From: Candidatus Micrarchaeota archaeon
GTDB taxonomy: Archaea > B1Sed10-29 > B47-G15
Reading direction: 5' to 3'
Length of the DNA: 64,000 nt
NCBI GenBank assembly: GCA_003660975.1
Contig: QMVG01000004.1
Location: 23,836-87,835, forward strand
In this document: piece after piece, positions 10,666 through 20,937 of the stretch
Layout of the letters: every line of letters begins with the position of its first letter
Position numbering within the stretch: position 1 is the stretch's first letter
Notes under the pieces: generated by a model
Told to the model about the DNA's origin: nothing
Databases searched by the model: none
The model's input: the letters and a program-made list of their open reading frames with translations, nothing else
Program-made: the position numbers and the translations under genes

Positions 10666-13600
10666 ATGACGAAATTAGAGAAGATTAAGCTAAAGAACTT
10701 CAAGTCCTTCCGAAATGTAAGCATACCTCTGGCCATGGGCCATACAACAATTGTTGGACCCAATGGCTCTGGAAAAAGCAATATCCTTGATGCGATTTGC
10801 TTTGTTCTTGGAACTACTTCTATGAAAGCATTAAGGGCAACGCGCTTGACAGATTTAGTAAATCACAATTCTAAGGATGGCACAGCCGAGGTTACGATAA
10901 GCATAAGAGACGACGGGGGAGAGAGATTTGATATAACTCGCATCATAGACAAGGGAGGAAGTAGCATCTTCAAGGTTAACGGAAAGAGGACAACTATGAA
11001 AGATGTTGAAGAGTTGCTGTCAAGGATGGGCATACATCCTGATGGGCATAACATCATTATGCAGGGAGATGTGACAAGGTTCATAAAGATGACCCCACTC
11101 CAGAGAAGGCAAATAATAGATGAAATAAGCGGTATAGCAGAATATGAGGAGAAAAAGCAGGAGGCTATGAAGGAGCTGGAGAAGGTTCAAACAAAGATAA
11201 AGGAAGCTGAAATAGTGTTAAGCGAAAGGAAATCGTACCTAAGAATCCTTGAGAGCGAGAGGCGGGAAGCCAAAAGGTATCAGGACTTGCAAGAGAAAAG
11301 AAAAGTGTACAAGGCCAGCATTTTGAGGATAGAAGTTGAAAAAGCTGAAAAAAGGTTTAAGAGAATTATAGAGAAAATCAGCAAGCTGGAGGGGGAGATT
11401 TCTGCCATAGATGAAAAGAAAAAAGCTTTAACTGAGAAGTTAAAGCAGTTAGAGGAGGAATACAATAAGATAACAGACCAGATTTTTAAGGAGGGAGACA
11501 AGAGACAAGCAGATGTGTCAGCAGAAATAGAGCAGATAAAAGGCAGCATAGCAATGTTAGACGGCAGGATAAGAGCCATAAGGGAAAGCTTGGAAAATGA
11601 GCAGGCAAGGAAGGAGAAGCTTTTGTCTGAATATTCTTCTCTGGGAAACCAGCTGGCAGCTAAAGAGAAGGAAATTGAAAAGATAATATTAGAGATAGAT
11701 GAAGTGACAAGGGACTTAAACGAGTGTAAAAAAGAGCTTGAAGAGTTGGGTGAAGCTGAAGATTTATCAAAGCTGATTGATAATGTTTACTCTGAGATTG
11801 ACAAGCTTAATGCGGAGATAGAGAAGAAAAAAGAAGCCTTATATAAAACTGAGATAGCAGTGAAGACCATAACAGAGAGGATAAAGCTTAAAAAAGCTAT
11901 TCTGGAAGATTATAACGCTAAGGACAGCAGAAAAAAACTGGCTGAAATTGAGGACAGGATAAGAAAGTACTCAAAAACAAAGGAAGAATGTAAGAAAGAC
12001 ATTTTATCTTTTGAAAACAAATTAAAGGAGCTTTACAGCGAGGAGAAGGAGCTTGATAAGGAGCTTAAGCAAAAAGAAAGCAAGCTTTCAGAGCTAATAC
12101 AAAAAAAGGCAGCTCTTGAGAGCAAGATATCTGTTCTTAAGAATATTAGCGGTCTCTCCCAGACAGCAGAGGAGATAAAAAAAGCAGGCTTAAAAGGCAT
12201 ATTGGGCACCATTGCAGAGTTGTGTAATTACGGCACTAAATACAGTAAGGCAATAGAAACTGCGGCAGGGCCGAGAATGTTTTACATTGTCACGCAGAGC
12301 ACAGAAGATGCAATAAATGCTGTTAAATACCTCAAATCAAAAAAATTGGGAAGGGCCACCTTTATCCCTCTTGACAAAATAAAAGCAAGAGACATGCATT
12401 CTTCTGTTAAAAGCCTGCTCAAGCACCCAAAGGCCCTTGACCTGGCAGTCAAGCTTATTACTTATGACAAAAAATATGAAAACGCAATGAAATATGTTTT
12501 TGGGGACACTCTTGTTGTTAAAGACATAGAGGCAGTTAAAGAGATCGGCCTGGGAAAGATCCGCATGGTGACACTTGATGGAGACCTTGCGTCAGAGCAA
12601 GGAGTCATAAGCGGAGGCTTTAGCAAGGGCTTGGGTATCTCTGATGTGAAGCAGCTGGATGATTTGAAGGCTCTGATAAAAGATTATGAAAATGCAAAGA
12701 AGCTTCTGATGAGGCGCTTGGAGGAGCTTAGGGAGAAGCAGTCAGAACTTCGCTCCAAAAAGAGCTCCTCTGAGTTAAAGATGAAGGAAGCTGACGTTAT
12801 GCTGAAGGAGTGGCAGAGGCGCTTTAGCGAGCAGAGCAAGGTTCTCAAGTCAGGAGAAAGGCAAAGCATGAGCATTCTAAAAGAGCTTAAGGGCATGGAG
12901 GAGGCTTTAATTGAAAAGGAAAGGCAAAAAGGCGAGATTGAAAAAGAGTTAGACGAGCTTATTGAGAAAAGAAACGCTATGAAGCAGGAGCTCAGCTCGT
13001 ACGAAAAGTCTGAGGAAGCAGAAAGAGTGAAGCAATTAAAACAAAGATATGAGGAATTAAAAAATAAGAAAACAGAACTTGAGCTGCAGAAAAAAAGCAT
13101 TGAGACCGAAGCAGAAAGGGTGCTTTTGAAAAGCAGGGAGGAAGTCAAACTGCAGATCTCGGAGATAGATGAGAGGATAAAGAAAATGACAGAGGAATTG
13201 GAGAGAAACAGCAAAGAGCGCAATGACCTTATAAGAGTACAGAAGGAAAAGGAAATAATCGCAAGGAAGCTTGCCAGCTCCATGACCGAGCTTTACGAAG
13301 CGAGGAGCAAGATTGAAACTGAGAGGTCTAAGCTAAATGAGGAGATGATAAGGTTAGAAAGCAAACGGGAGAGCTTATCTGAAAAGCTGAGCGAAGCTAA
13401 GGTCAATAAGGCAAACATTGAAACTGAGTACTTTAATCTTAAAAACCAGCTGTCTTCATATAAGGACGTAGAGTTTATCACAGACAAGAAAGAGGAGCAG
13501 CTGCAGAGACAGTTGATTGTCATTGAAAGGGAAATGTCCGAGATGGGCTATGTTAACATGAAGGCAATTGAGAAGTACGAAGAGTACGCAAGAGAGGTTA

Positions 13601-14181
13601 AGGAGATAGAAGAAAAAGCGAAAAAATTGAGGGAGGAAAAAGACAGCATCTTAAAGCTGATGAATGAGATAGAAAAGAGAAAGATTGATGCTTTCATGAA
13701 AGCCTTTGAAGCACTCAACAAGAATTTCAACAGGTACTTTAAGGAATTTTATCCAGAAAAAGGCTCATACGCAAGCATCGAGCTAGACAACAAGGAGAAG
13801 CCCTTGGAGAGCGGGCTGCTTCTCTCTGCATCCCCGGCTGGAAAGAAGATGAAGCACATAGAGGCCATGAGTGGTGGGGAAAAGACAGTAACGGCGTTGG
13901 CATTTCTTTTTGCTATTCAGGCATATAACCCATCACCTTTCTATGTTCTGGACGAGGCAGACGCAGCACTGGACCCAGCCAACAGCCAGAGAGTGGCCAG
14001 GATGATAAAGAAATTCTCGCGTGAAACCCAGATAATAACAATAACACATAACAGGTACATAATTGAAGAGGCCGACCAGATAATAGGCGTTCACATGAGC
14101 AAGGACGGCTCAAGTTTGATAGAGCTTGACATGAAAGCGTATGTAGGGGATGCTAAGGAGAAAAGCACTGAAGCAACATAA
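10666..14181 (+). CDS. smc: Chromosome segregation protein SMC
   Basis: Walker A GPNGSGKS, coiled coils, hinge GRATFIPL, signature MSGGEK, Walker B LDEADAALD. Confidence 0.97.
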   Translation: MTKLEKIKLKNFKSFRNVSIPLAMGHTTIVGPNGSGKSNILDAICFVLGTTSMKALRATRLTDLVNHNSKDGTAEVTISIRDDGGERFDITRIIDKGGSSIFKVNGKRTTMKDVEELLSRMGIHPDGHNIIMQGDVTRFIKMTPLQRRQIIDEISGIAEYEEKKQEAMKELEKVQTKIKEAEIVLSERKSYLRILESERREAKRYQDLQEKRKVYKASILRIEVEKAEKRFKRIIEKISKLEGEISAIDEKKKALTEKLKQLEEEYNKITDQIFKEGDKRQADVSAEIEQIKGSIAMLDGRIRAIRESLENEQARKEKLLSEYSSLGNQLAAKEKEIEKIILEIDEVTRDLNECKKELEELGEAEDLSKLIDNVYSEIDKLNAEIEKKKEALYKTEIAVKTITERIKLKKAILEDYNAKDSRKKLAEIEDRIRKYSKTKEECKKDILSFENKLKELYSEEKELDKELKQKESKLSELIQKKAALESKISVLKNISGLSQTAEEIKKAGLKGILGTIAELCNYGTKYSKAIETAAGPRMFYIVTQSTEDAINAVKYLKSKKLGRATFIPLDKIKARDMHSSVKSLLKHPKALDLAVKLITYDKKYENAMKYVFGDTLVVKDIEAVKEIGLGKIRMVTLDGDLASEQGVISGGFSKGLGISDVKQLDDLKALIKDYENAKKLLMRRLEELREKQSELRSKKSSSELKMKEADVMLKEWQRRFSEQSKVLKSGERQSMSILKELKGMEEALIEKERQKGEIEKELDELIEKRNAMKQELSSYEKSEEAERVKQLKQRYEELKNKKTELELQKKSIETEAERVLLKSREEVKLQISEIDERIKKMTEELERNSKERNDLIRVQKEKEIIARKLASSMTELYEARSKIETERSKLNEEMIRLESKRESLSEKLSEAKVNKANIETEYFNLKNQLSSYKDVEFITDKKEEQLQRQLIVIEREMSEMGYVNMKAIEKYEEYAREVKEIEEKAKKLREEKDSILKLMNEIEKRKIDAFMKAFEALNKNFNRYFKEFYPEKGSYASIELDNKEKPLESGLLLSASPAGKKMKHIEAMSGGEKTVTALAFLFAIQAYNPSPFYVLDEADAALDPANSQRVARMIKKFSRETQIITITHNRYIIEEADQIIGVHMSKDGSSLIELDMKAYVGDAKEKSTEAT

Positions 14182-14221
14182 ATCTTAAATATGTATAACC
14201 TGTTATAGAAGTGGTGGTATC

Positions 14222-14701
14222 TTGCAGCTCTTTGATTTTGAAAGCAAATATGCATCTGATGTTGCCGAGATGATAAACACAGCCAGGTGGAAGGAAAGGC
14301 TATTTACAAACCCGCAGTATCATGTTACTCCTGACAGCTTGGTAGAGTACATAAAAGACAAGAAAAAGAACTGCAAGCAGTATTGGATGCTCATTGCCAT
14401 AGAAAAAGGAAAGGTTATAGGCTACATTGACTTTGAAATTACAAATAATAACGAAGGCCTATTGAGAGGCATATATCTGAAGCACAACTACAGGAACAAA
14501 GGAATAGGCAGAAAGATGATTGCAGAGGCAGAGAGATTGCTGAAAAACAATGGTTGCAATGTTATTTACGCTTATATCTTTGAGGATAATGCTGATGCCA
14601 TACGCTTCCTGGAGAGGCAAGGCTATCTTTATCAGAAAGCAGAGAAACACAGCTCAAGGAATAAGAAATACATAGTTATGAAAAAAGAAATAATTTACTG
14701 A
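14222..14701 (+). CDS. GNAT family N-acetyltransferase
   Basis: YRNKGIGRKM acetyl-CoA motif; N-x-x-A-x-x-F-x-E-x-x-G-Y motif; TTG start after GGTGGT SD. Confidence 0.85.
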   Translation: MQLFDFESKYASDVAEMINTARWKERLFTNPQYHVTPDSLVEYIKDKKKNCKQYWMLIAIEKGKVIGYIDFEITNNNEGLLRGIYLKHNYRNKGIGRKMIAEAERLLKNNGCNVIYAYIFEDNADAIRFLERQGYLYQKAEKHSSRNKKYIVMKKEIIY

Positions 14702-14710
14702 GGCGAGTTG

Positions 14711-16051
14711 ATGGACTACAATATTATTATAATAGGAGGAGGACCTGCTGGCATCACTACTGCCCTCACAGCAAAACTGTACTACAAAGACAAAAGAATA
14801 TTGCTCATAAAAAGCATTGAAAAGGGAGTAATTCCATGTGCAATTCCATACACATTTAAAACAATAAAGCCAGATGAAGATGCTCTTAGTACAGAAGGTC
14901 TTGAAAAAGAGGGAATAGATGTTCTGGTTGACGAGGTGGTTCATGTTGACCGTGAGAGGAAGGAAGTTATAACCAAGGCAGATAGGCATTTTACATATGA
15001 CAAGCTTGTTCTTGCAACTGGCTCAAAGGCAGCGAAATTACCAATAGAGGGAATAGAGAAAGAAGGCATATTTACAATAAGAAAAGACATGGATTACCTT
15101 AAGATGCTCCGTGAGGAGGTATACAAGGCAAACGATGTAGTTATAATAGGTGGAGGTTTCATAGGCGTTGAGATGGCTGATGAGCTATCCCACCTAGATG
15201 GCTTAAACGTGACTATCGTAGAGCTGCTTCCTGAAATTTTGCCCCTTTCATTTGACTCAGAGTTTTCAAGAGTGGCGCATGAGATACTCAGCTCCCAGGG
15301 AGTAAACATAATAACAGGCAGCTCTGCAAAACGTTTCAATGGAGGAGAGAGGGTTGAGTCAGTGCTGCTTTCTGATGGCAGGGAGATTCCAGCACAGGTG
15401 GTTATCATAGGGGTTGGAGCTAGACCAAATGCAGATTTGGCCAAAGACATAGGACTCAATGTAAACAAGGGCATAGTGGTGGACAAGTATATGAGAAGCT
15501 CTGATAAAGACATATTTGCCGTCGGAGACTGCGCAGAAAAAAAGGACTTTTTGACAGGAAAGACGCTGAACGTGCTTCTGGCGTCTACTGCCTGTGCAGA
15601 AGCCAGGATAGCTGCTGCTAACCTCTTTGCAGTAAAAGCTTTGAGAGAGAATAAAGGAACTGTTGCTGCTTATTCGACAAAGATAGGAGACAAAACCTTT
15701 GCAGCTGCAGGCCTGATAGAGAAGCTTGCAGAGAAACAAAACATAGACATTGTTGTCGGGAAGGCAGAGGTTTTTAATAGGCATCCTTCCAAGTTGCCAG
15801 GCAGTTCAAAGACAGTGCTAAAACTTTTGTTCTCAAAGCAATCAGCTGACTTGCTGGGAGCAGAGCTTATGGGAGATTCAAGCGCAGCTGAATTAATAAA
15901 CATCCTGAGCTTGGCAATACAAAGATCGGTTAAGCTATATGACCTAGAGAGAATGCAGTTTGCGACACATCCAAAGTTAACTGCCTCTCCAGTGGCTTAT
16001 CCAATAGTGAAGGCCGCTCAAGACGCTTTGGCAAAGCTTAATAGTTCCTGA
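14711..16051 (+). CDS. NADH oxidase / CoA-disulfide reductase family flavoprotein
   Basis: GGGPAG (FAD), PCAIPY redox Cys, GGGFIG (NAD), IFAVGDC. Confidence 0.9.
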   Translation: MDYNIIIIGGGPAGITTALTAKLYYKDKRILLIKSIEKGVIPCAIPYTFKTIKPDEDALSTEGLEKEGIDVLVDEVVHVDRERKEVITKADRHFTYDKLVLATGSKAAKLPIEGIEKEGIFTIRKDMDYLKMLREEVYKANDVVIIGGGFIGVEMADELSHLDGLNVTIVELLPEILPLSFDSEFSRVAHEILSSQGVNIITGSSAKRFNGGERVESVLLSDGREIPAQVVIIGVGARPNADLAKDIGLNVNKGIVVDKYMRSSDKDIFAVGDCAEKKDFLTGKTLNVLLASTACAEARIAAANLFAVKALRENKGTVAAYSTKIGDKTFAAAGLIEKLAEKQNIDIVVGKAEVFNRHPSKLPGSSKTVLKLLFSKQSADLLGAELMGDSSAAELINILSLAIQRSVKLYDLERMQFATHPKLTASPVAYPIVKAAQDALAKLNSS

Positions 16052-16367
16052 ACATCAGTTCAAATTTCTTTTCAATCCTTCTCTTTGTGATGCCAGAGAC
16101 ACCAAAGAGTGCAAACCCTCCGATTATAATCAATATGAAAACTAGCTTTATGCTTTCATATCCTCCGAGAGGCGTTTCAGTGCTGAAATTCGGTATGATG
16201 TCTATGAGAACAAAAAGAAAGAGCGAGCTTATAATCAGTATCAAGTAAGTGATTTCATTGCTTATCTCTTTTAAATACTCTACAAGAAGGTATTCGTAAG
16301 CTTCAACCTCTTTTACTTCTTTCTCAAGCTTTTGTATTTTGCTTTCTTTCTTAATAGCTCTCACCAT
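16038..16367 (-). CDS. Hypothetical two-TM membrane protein
   Basis: ORF fills the gap; two hydrophobic segments. Confidence 0.6.
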   Translation of the reverse strand: MVRAIKKESKIQKLEKEVKEVEAYEYLLVEYLKEISNEITYLILIISSLFLFVLIDIIPNFSTETPLGGYESIKLVFILIIIGGFALFGVSGITKRRIEKKFELMFRNY

Positions 16368-16406
16368 ACACTTAGCTAAGGCGCTACGGATATAAAAATG
16401 TGGGGG

Positions 16407-16709
16407 TTAGCCGAAGAGGCTTGCAAGACCCCCTGCTGCTTCCTCTTCAGTTTTTTCCTCTTTCTTTTCCTCTTTCTTCTCAGCTTTGCTCTCTGCTGGG
16501 CTTGCAGGAGCTGCTGCAGGAGCGCTTGCCACTGGCACTCCTTTTTCTATTGCCTCGTCTATGTTTACTCCCTCAAGAGCAGCTATGAGTGCTTTGACTC
16601 TTGCCTCGTCAACTTTTATTCCCGCGCCTTCCAAAACCTTCTTAACATTTTCTTCTGTTATGTCTTTTTTCGCAGAGTGCAAAAGCAATGCTGCATACAC
16701 ATACTCCAT
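16407..16709 (-). CDS. rpl12: Ribosomal stalk protein P1 (aL12)
   Basis: [11 protein letters not shown] start, Ala-rich hinge, [14 protein letters not shown]-terminus; start trimmed from 16730. Confidence 0.97.
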   Translation of the reverse strand: MEYVYAALLLHSAKKDITEENVKKVLEGAGIKVDEARVKALIAALEGVNIDEAIEKGVPVASAPAAAPASPAESKAEKKEEKKEEKTEEEAAGGLASLFG

Positions 16710-16729
16710 TTCAAATACCTCCGTTAACA

Positions 16730-17605
16730 TTATTTTCCATATCCTTTGCTCTCAAGCAGGCTCATCAGCGCCTTTCCCCTGCTGCCGTATTTACTGAGTA
16801 TTGCTTCCATACTCTGTTTGGTAAATATCTCTGCGTTTATGGCTAATGAGAGCGCTTTGCTGTGGGCCTGTGTGAGCATAATCTCAACAACATCTTTTGT
16901 TGGATATCCTATGTTAAATGCCAAGCTGAGTGCCTCTTTATATGCTTTTGTTACATCATTGAAGAGTTTTTCCTCATCTATATCCAGCACCTCAGCTGGA
17001 TAAACAACGCCATCTTGATAAAAGGCCTTAACATGTAACCATATTTCGACAGGCTTTATTCCCAGCTTATTTAGCGCGTTTGCCACCTCTTTGCTTATAA
17101 CATCACCTGCCTTTGCTACAGTGCTGTCTTTTGTTATCACTATCTTTCCTTTGTCAAGCTTTACATCTATTTTTGCCATCTTTAGCTCTGTTAGTGCTGG
17201 TCCAGCAGGTATGTCTGTTTCGCCAGCAGGCACCACTATGTCCTTCTCTGCTATCATGCCTTCCTTAGCAGATGCCCTGCTCTTGTTTTCTTTGAGGGAC
17301 CTAGACAACTTAAACGGGTCCTCGGAAGAAAAGATCAGGCCAACAGGGCCCTCCACATATCTCTCAAATTCCTTGTTTTTGTCAATCCCACTCTCTTCAA
17401 TTGCTCTTTGAATAATGCTTTTTTTAGTAACAACTATCTCTGCCTTGCCTCTGAGCTTCTTTCTTATCTCCTGAAACTGCTGGCTGGGCAATTTTTTTAT
17501 GTCAATTATTCCAACAACAGGGCTGTTTCTTATTTTTTCCGCTATCTCTTTCACCTTATCTTTCTTCCACTGCTTTACGTGGTCATCTCCATCTCTTTTA
17601 ACCAT
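16730..17605 (-). CDS. rpl10: Ribosomal protein uL10 (P0)
   Basis: WKKDKV...[23 protein letters not shown]; operon position. Confidence 0.95.
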   Translation of the reverse strand: MVKRDGDDHVKQWKKDKVKEIAEKIRNSPVVGIIDIKKLPSQQFQEIRKKLRGKAEIVVTKKSIIQRAIEESGIDKNKEFERYVEGPVGLIFSSEDPFKLSRSLKENKSRASAKEGMIAEKDIVVPAGETDIPAGPALTELKMAKIDVKLDKGKIVITKDSTVAKAGDVISKEVANALNKLGIKPVEIWLHVKAFYQDGVVYPAEVLDIDEEKLFNDVTKAYKEALSLAFNIGYPTKDVVEIMLTQAHSKALSLAINAEIFTKQSMEAILSKYGSRGKALMSLLESKGYGK

Positions 17606-18241
17606 TTACTCCACCTTCACGCTTGGTCCCATGCTGGTTTTTACATATATGCTTCTTATGTTTCCCTCTTTATTCGGAAGTTTTTCTTTTATTGCGTTTA
17701 TCACAGTCATAGCATTCTCGCCCAAATCCTCATCAGACATCTCCTCGCTTCCTATGACTGTATGAATAGTAGGCAAGTATTTGCCTTTGCTTTTTATTCT
17801 AACAGTTTTTCTCATCCTTTCAATTATCCCCTCTAACTTTGCATTTGGAGGCACTGGCTTGGGCATCTTGTTTCTCGGTCCTAAAACCTGCCCTAAGCTC
17901 CTGCCCACAAGAGGCATCAGCTTTGCAGAAGCAATAAAGAATTTATACTTACTGGCAAGCTTTTTTGCCTCTCTTTTGTTTTTGCCCAATTTCTCCAGCT
18001 CTGCCTGAGTTATCACTTTATCTGCATGCTTTTTTGCTTCAGGCAATAAGTCATCGTCAGCGATTACCACACCCTCAACTTTCTTGCCCAAGCCCTTTGG
18101 CAACACTATTTCCAGGTTCAACCTGTTTTCAACCTTACTGAAGTCTATGCCCTTAAAGTTTATTATCAAGTCTATGGACTGAACGAAGTTTCTTTTCTTA
18201 GACTTCTCTTTCGCCTCTTTAATTGCTTTGATAATATCCAT
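17606..18241 (-). CDS. rpl1: Ribosomal protein uL1
   Basis: KKRNFVQSIDLIINFK, LGPRNKMP, VKTSMGP; start after GGAGGGG SD. Confidence 0.96.
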   Translation of the reverse strand: MDIIKAIKEAKEKSKKRNFVQSIDLIINFKGIDFSKVENRLNLEIVLPKGLGKKVEGVVIADDDLLPEAKKHADKVITQAELEKLGKNKREAKKLASKYKFFIASAKLMPLVGRSLGQVLGPRNKMPKPVPPNAKLEGIIERMRKTVRIKSKGKYLPTIHTVIGSEEMSDEDLGENAMTVINAIKEKLPNKEGNIRSIYVKTSMGPSVKVE

Positions 18242-18323
18242 AAAAGCCCCTCCTACCAAGGTGCGATGCACCCAGGTAGTGCTTGGGAGATGTAAATATT
18301 CTCCTTCAGCTCATATTTAAACT

Positions 18324-18917
18324 TTACCTCTTTTTCTTCTTTTCCTTTTTTTCCTCTGCTTCCTCTTTCTTTTCTTTTACATACTTAGACATCCTTGCCT
18401 TTTTCTCCTCTTCACTCAGCTCTTTTAGAGCTTCTTTTCCCTCTAATTTTGCATCATACTTGCCTTCATCAACTTCCTTCTGCACCTCTCTTGGGTCTTT
18501 TCCGTCTACTAAGATTCCCATCGTAACGCAGGTTCCTATCACTTCCTTGAGCCTCGCCCTTGCGCTTTTCCCGTGAAGCGCGTCTTTTTTCATGAAGCTT
18601 ATCTTTATCAGCTCGTCAATGCTTATGTCTCCAACCTTTTCATCCTTTGCTTTTCCAGAGCCTTTTTCTATGCCAAGCTCTTTCTTTATGAGGGCACTTG
18701 TTGGAGGCGTTCCAACCTCAATTCGGAATGTTTTTTTCACAGTGTCAACAATAATCTTGACAGGCACCGTAACACCTGCGAAGCTCGCAGTTTTTTTATT
18801 TATTTCCGCAACTACCTCGCCTGCATTTATGCCTAACGGGCCTAATGCAGGTCCTATTGGTGGTCCTGCACTTGCCTTGCCTCCTTCAATAAGTGCATTT
18901 ATTATCTTTTCAGTCAT
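18324..18917 (-). CDS. rpl11: Ribosomal protein uL11
   Basis: GGKASAGPPIGPALGPLG, GTCVTMG; extra charged C-terminal tail. Confidence 0.96.
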   Translation of the reverse strand: MTEKIINALIEGGKASAGPPIGPALGPLGINAGEVVAEINKKTASFAGVTVPVKIIVDTVKKTFRIEVGTPPTSALIKKELGIEKGSGKAKDEKVGDISIDELIKISFMKKDALHGKSARARLKEVIGTCVTMGILVDGKDPREVQKEVDEGKYDAKLEGKEALKELSEEEKKARMSKYVKEKKEEAEEKKEKKKKR

Positions 18918-19369
18918 TTTTCCTCCTCCTTTTCAGAACTCGCTATTAGCCTCACATTTGAAGCATCAACCGTTATTGGGATAGGCACAGCTGCTTCTAT
19001 TATCTCAACAGTAACTTTTTCCTTTCCTTCATCAACGCGTATTACCTTTGCCTTTTCACCTTTGAAAGCGCCTGATGTTAGTTCTACAATGTCTCCCCTT
19101 TCAATGCCTTTGGTAAGTGATTTTGTTTCAAAGAAATGCTCTAATTCCTCTGACTTTATTGCTCCTGCGATTACCCCCTTTATGTGAGGCACCCTGTATG
19201 TCAATTTTCTGACCTCTGCTTCATTGGCAGCCTCGACAATTATATATCCCCTAAGGCCGTCTATAATGCTTATTGAGTAAATGTCCTCCTTTTCCTTTTT
19301 CATCTTCGTTTTTAGCGCTTCTGCTACTACCTTCTCCTGCCCTATTGTTACTCTAACACCAAATAACAT
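18914..19369 (-). CDS. spt5: Transcription elongation factor Spt5 (NusG)
   Basis: NGN 'VTIGQE...LRGYIIVEA' plus KOW 'GDIVELTSGAFKGEKAKV'. Confidence 0.95.
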   Translation of the reverse strand: MLFGVRVTIGQEKVVAEALKTKMKKEKEDIYSISIIDGLRGYIIVEAANEAEVRKLTYRVPHIKGVIAGAIKSEELEHFFETKSLTKGIERGDIVELTSGAFKGEKAKVIRVDEGKEKVTVEIIEAAVPIPITVDASNVRLIASSEKEEEK

Positions 19370-19379
19370 GGCTCTCCTC

Positions 19380-19568
19380 TCACATGAATACTTTAATGGA
19401 CTGTATGATGTACCCAATTATTCCCAGAAGGATTATTCCAAGACCCGTTACCTTGGCTACAAACCAGTACTCCTCTTTCTTTGGTTTTTTTAGCAATCTC
19501 AATAATCTAAGCACATCATTGATGAAAGCTTTTACCTTAAAACTAAAACGAGACGCGCTAAATTTCAT
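19380..19568 (-). CDS. secE: Protein translocase SecE / Sec61-gamma
   Basis: 'LLKKPKKEEYWFVAKVTGLGIILLGIIGYII'; conserved ftsZ-secE-spt5 synteny. Confidence 0.9.
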   Translation of the reverse strand: MKFSASRFSFKVKAFINDVLRLLRLLKKPKKEEYWFVAKVTGLGIILLGIIGYIIQSIKVFM

Positions 19569-19574
19569 CTGCTA

Positions 19575-20726
19575 TCACTTTTTGATGTATTTTATATCTA
19601 AGTCAGGCCCTTCTCCTTCTGCATAGTTTGCTTCTAAGTAAGGAATATGCCCTCCGGATATTAATATCATTGCTTGTATGCTGTTTTTAGGTAGTTCTTC
19701 GTTTATCATTGCCCCCCAAATTATGTGCGCATTTTTGTGTATCTTGCTGGCAACAGCTTCACAGATGATTTCAGCTTCTTTCAATGTCATGTCAGGGCCA
19801 CCAACAACGTTGACCAATGCCCTTTTTGCCTCTGAGATATCCACATCAAGCAGCGGAGAGTTCAAAGCCTCCTCTACTGCCTCCAAAGCTCTTGCCTCAC
19901 CTGTGCTGCCGCTCTCTGATTCTCCAAGGCCTATCATAGCTGCACCGCCGTTTGAGAGTATTGTCCTCACATCTGCAAAGTCAAGGTTCACAAGACCTGG
20001 CTTTGTTATCATTTCTGTTATCCCCTTAACTGCGTTTGTTAGCACCTCATCCGCTACCTTGAAAGCAGCGTTCAGTGGAAGCTCTGGCACTATTTCAAGT
20101 AATTTGTCATTAGGGATTACTATAACTGTGTCTGCCTCTTTCTTCAAGCTCTGCAGGCCCTCAAGTGCGTTTTCCATCCTCTGTCTTCCCTCAACAGAGA
20201 ATGGAAGCGTGACAACACCAACCGTTAAGGCACCGTTTTCCTTTGCTATTTGCGCAATCACAGGAGCGCTTCCTGTGCCAGTTCCGCCTCCTAGACCGCA
20301 TGTGATAAACACCATATTGCTTCCTCTGACTATCTCCTCTATATCCTCTGTGCTCTCCTTAGCAGCTGCCTCTCCTATCTGTGGATCGCTGCCAGCTCCC
20401 AAGCCCTTTGTCAACTGCTTTCCTATTAACAGTTTTTTGTCAGCTTTTGTTATTAGCAAGTGCTGTGCATCAGTGTTTACAGCAATAAGTTCAGCGCCTT
20501 GTATGCCTACCTCGCTCATCCGCTGCAGCGTGTTGTTTCCAGAACCGCCAGTTCCTATCACCTTTATTTTTGCCTGGCCTTCCTTAAGCATTTCCATTAG
20601 CTCTTCATCAGTCATTATGCCTTTCTTTCCTTTTAGGTTTATGAAGCCTGCATCACTATTGGTTTTCTTTATTTGCTTTTTTTCTTTGCTCATGTTTTCG
20701 AGTGATTTCTTTACTATGGTCTTCAA
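19575..20726 (-). CDS. ftsZ: Cell division protein FtsZ (FtsZ1-type context)
   Basis: GGGTGTG tubulin signature, NTDAQHL, NLDFAD; start could be 20693. Confidence 0.97.
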   Translation of the reverse strand: MKTIVKKSLENMSKEKKQIKKTNSDAGFINLKGKKGIMTDEELMEMLKEGQAKIKVIGTGGSGNNTLQRMSEVGIQGAELIAVNTDAQHLLITKADKKLLIGKQLTKGLGAGSDPQIGEAAAKESTEDIEEIVRGSNMVFITCGLGGGTGTGSAPVIAQIAKENGALTVGVVTLPFSVEGRQRMENALEGLQSLKKEADTVIVIPNDKLLEIVPELPLNAAFKVADEVLTNAVKGITEMITKPGLVNLDFADVRTILSNGGAAMIGLGESESGSTGEARALEAVEEALNSPLLDVDISEAKRALVNVVGGPDMTLKEAEIICEAVASKIHKNAHIIWGAMINEELPKNSIQAMILISGGHIPYLEANYAEGEGPDLDIKYIKK

Positions 20727-20853
20727 ACAAAAGCCCCCTAAAATTTAGTAAAAACGCTGCTTATTATGTAATTTTTATAGTATATAAATACTACGCTGTT
20801 CTAAAGAGCAACGTTTAAAATAATATGTGCAGAAAGATATAAATATATATGAA

Positions 20854-20935
20854 GCTGGAGTGGCAGAGTGGCAATGCGCTGGTCTCGAAAACCAGTGCCC
20901 TTCGGGGCTTGTGGGTTCGAATCCCACCTCCAGCG
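20854..20935 (+). tRNA. tRNA-Ser(CGA)
   Basis: GCTGGAG/CTCCAGC acceptor, CTGGT-CT-CGA-AA-ACCAG anticodon arm, long variable arm, GTTCGAAT. Confidence 0.95.
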
Positions 20936-20937
20936 CT

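Noticed and set aside
19678-20748. 356-aa ORF antisense to ftsZ and similar Ser/Phe/Leu-rich antisense ORFs
   Set aside because: Shadow frames of well-supported genes on the opposite strand
20827-20937. N-terminal part of track ORF 20827-21789 and ORFs 6281-6505, 20775-21080
   Set aside because: They overlap tRNA genes
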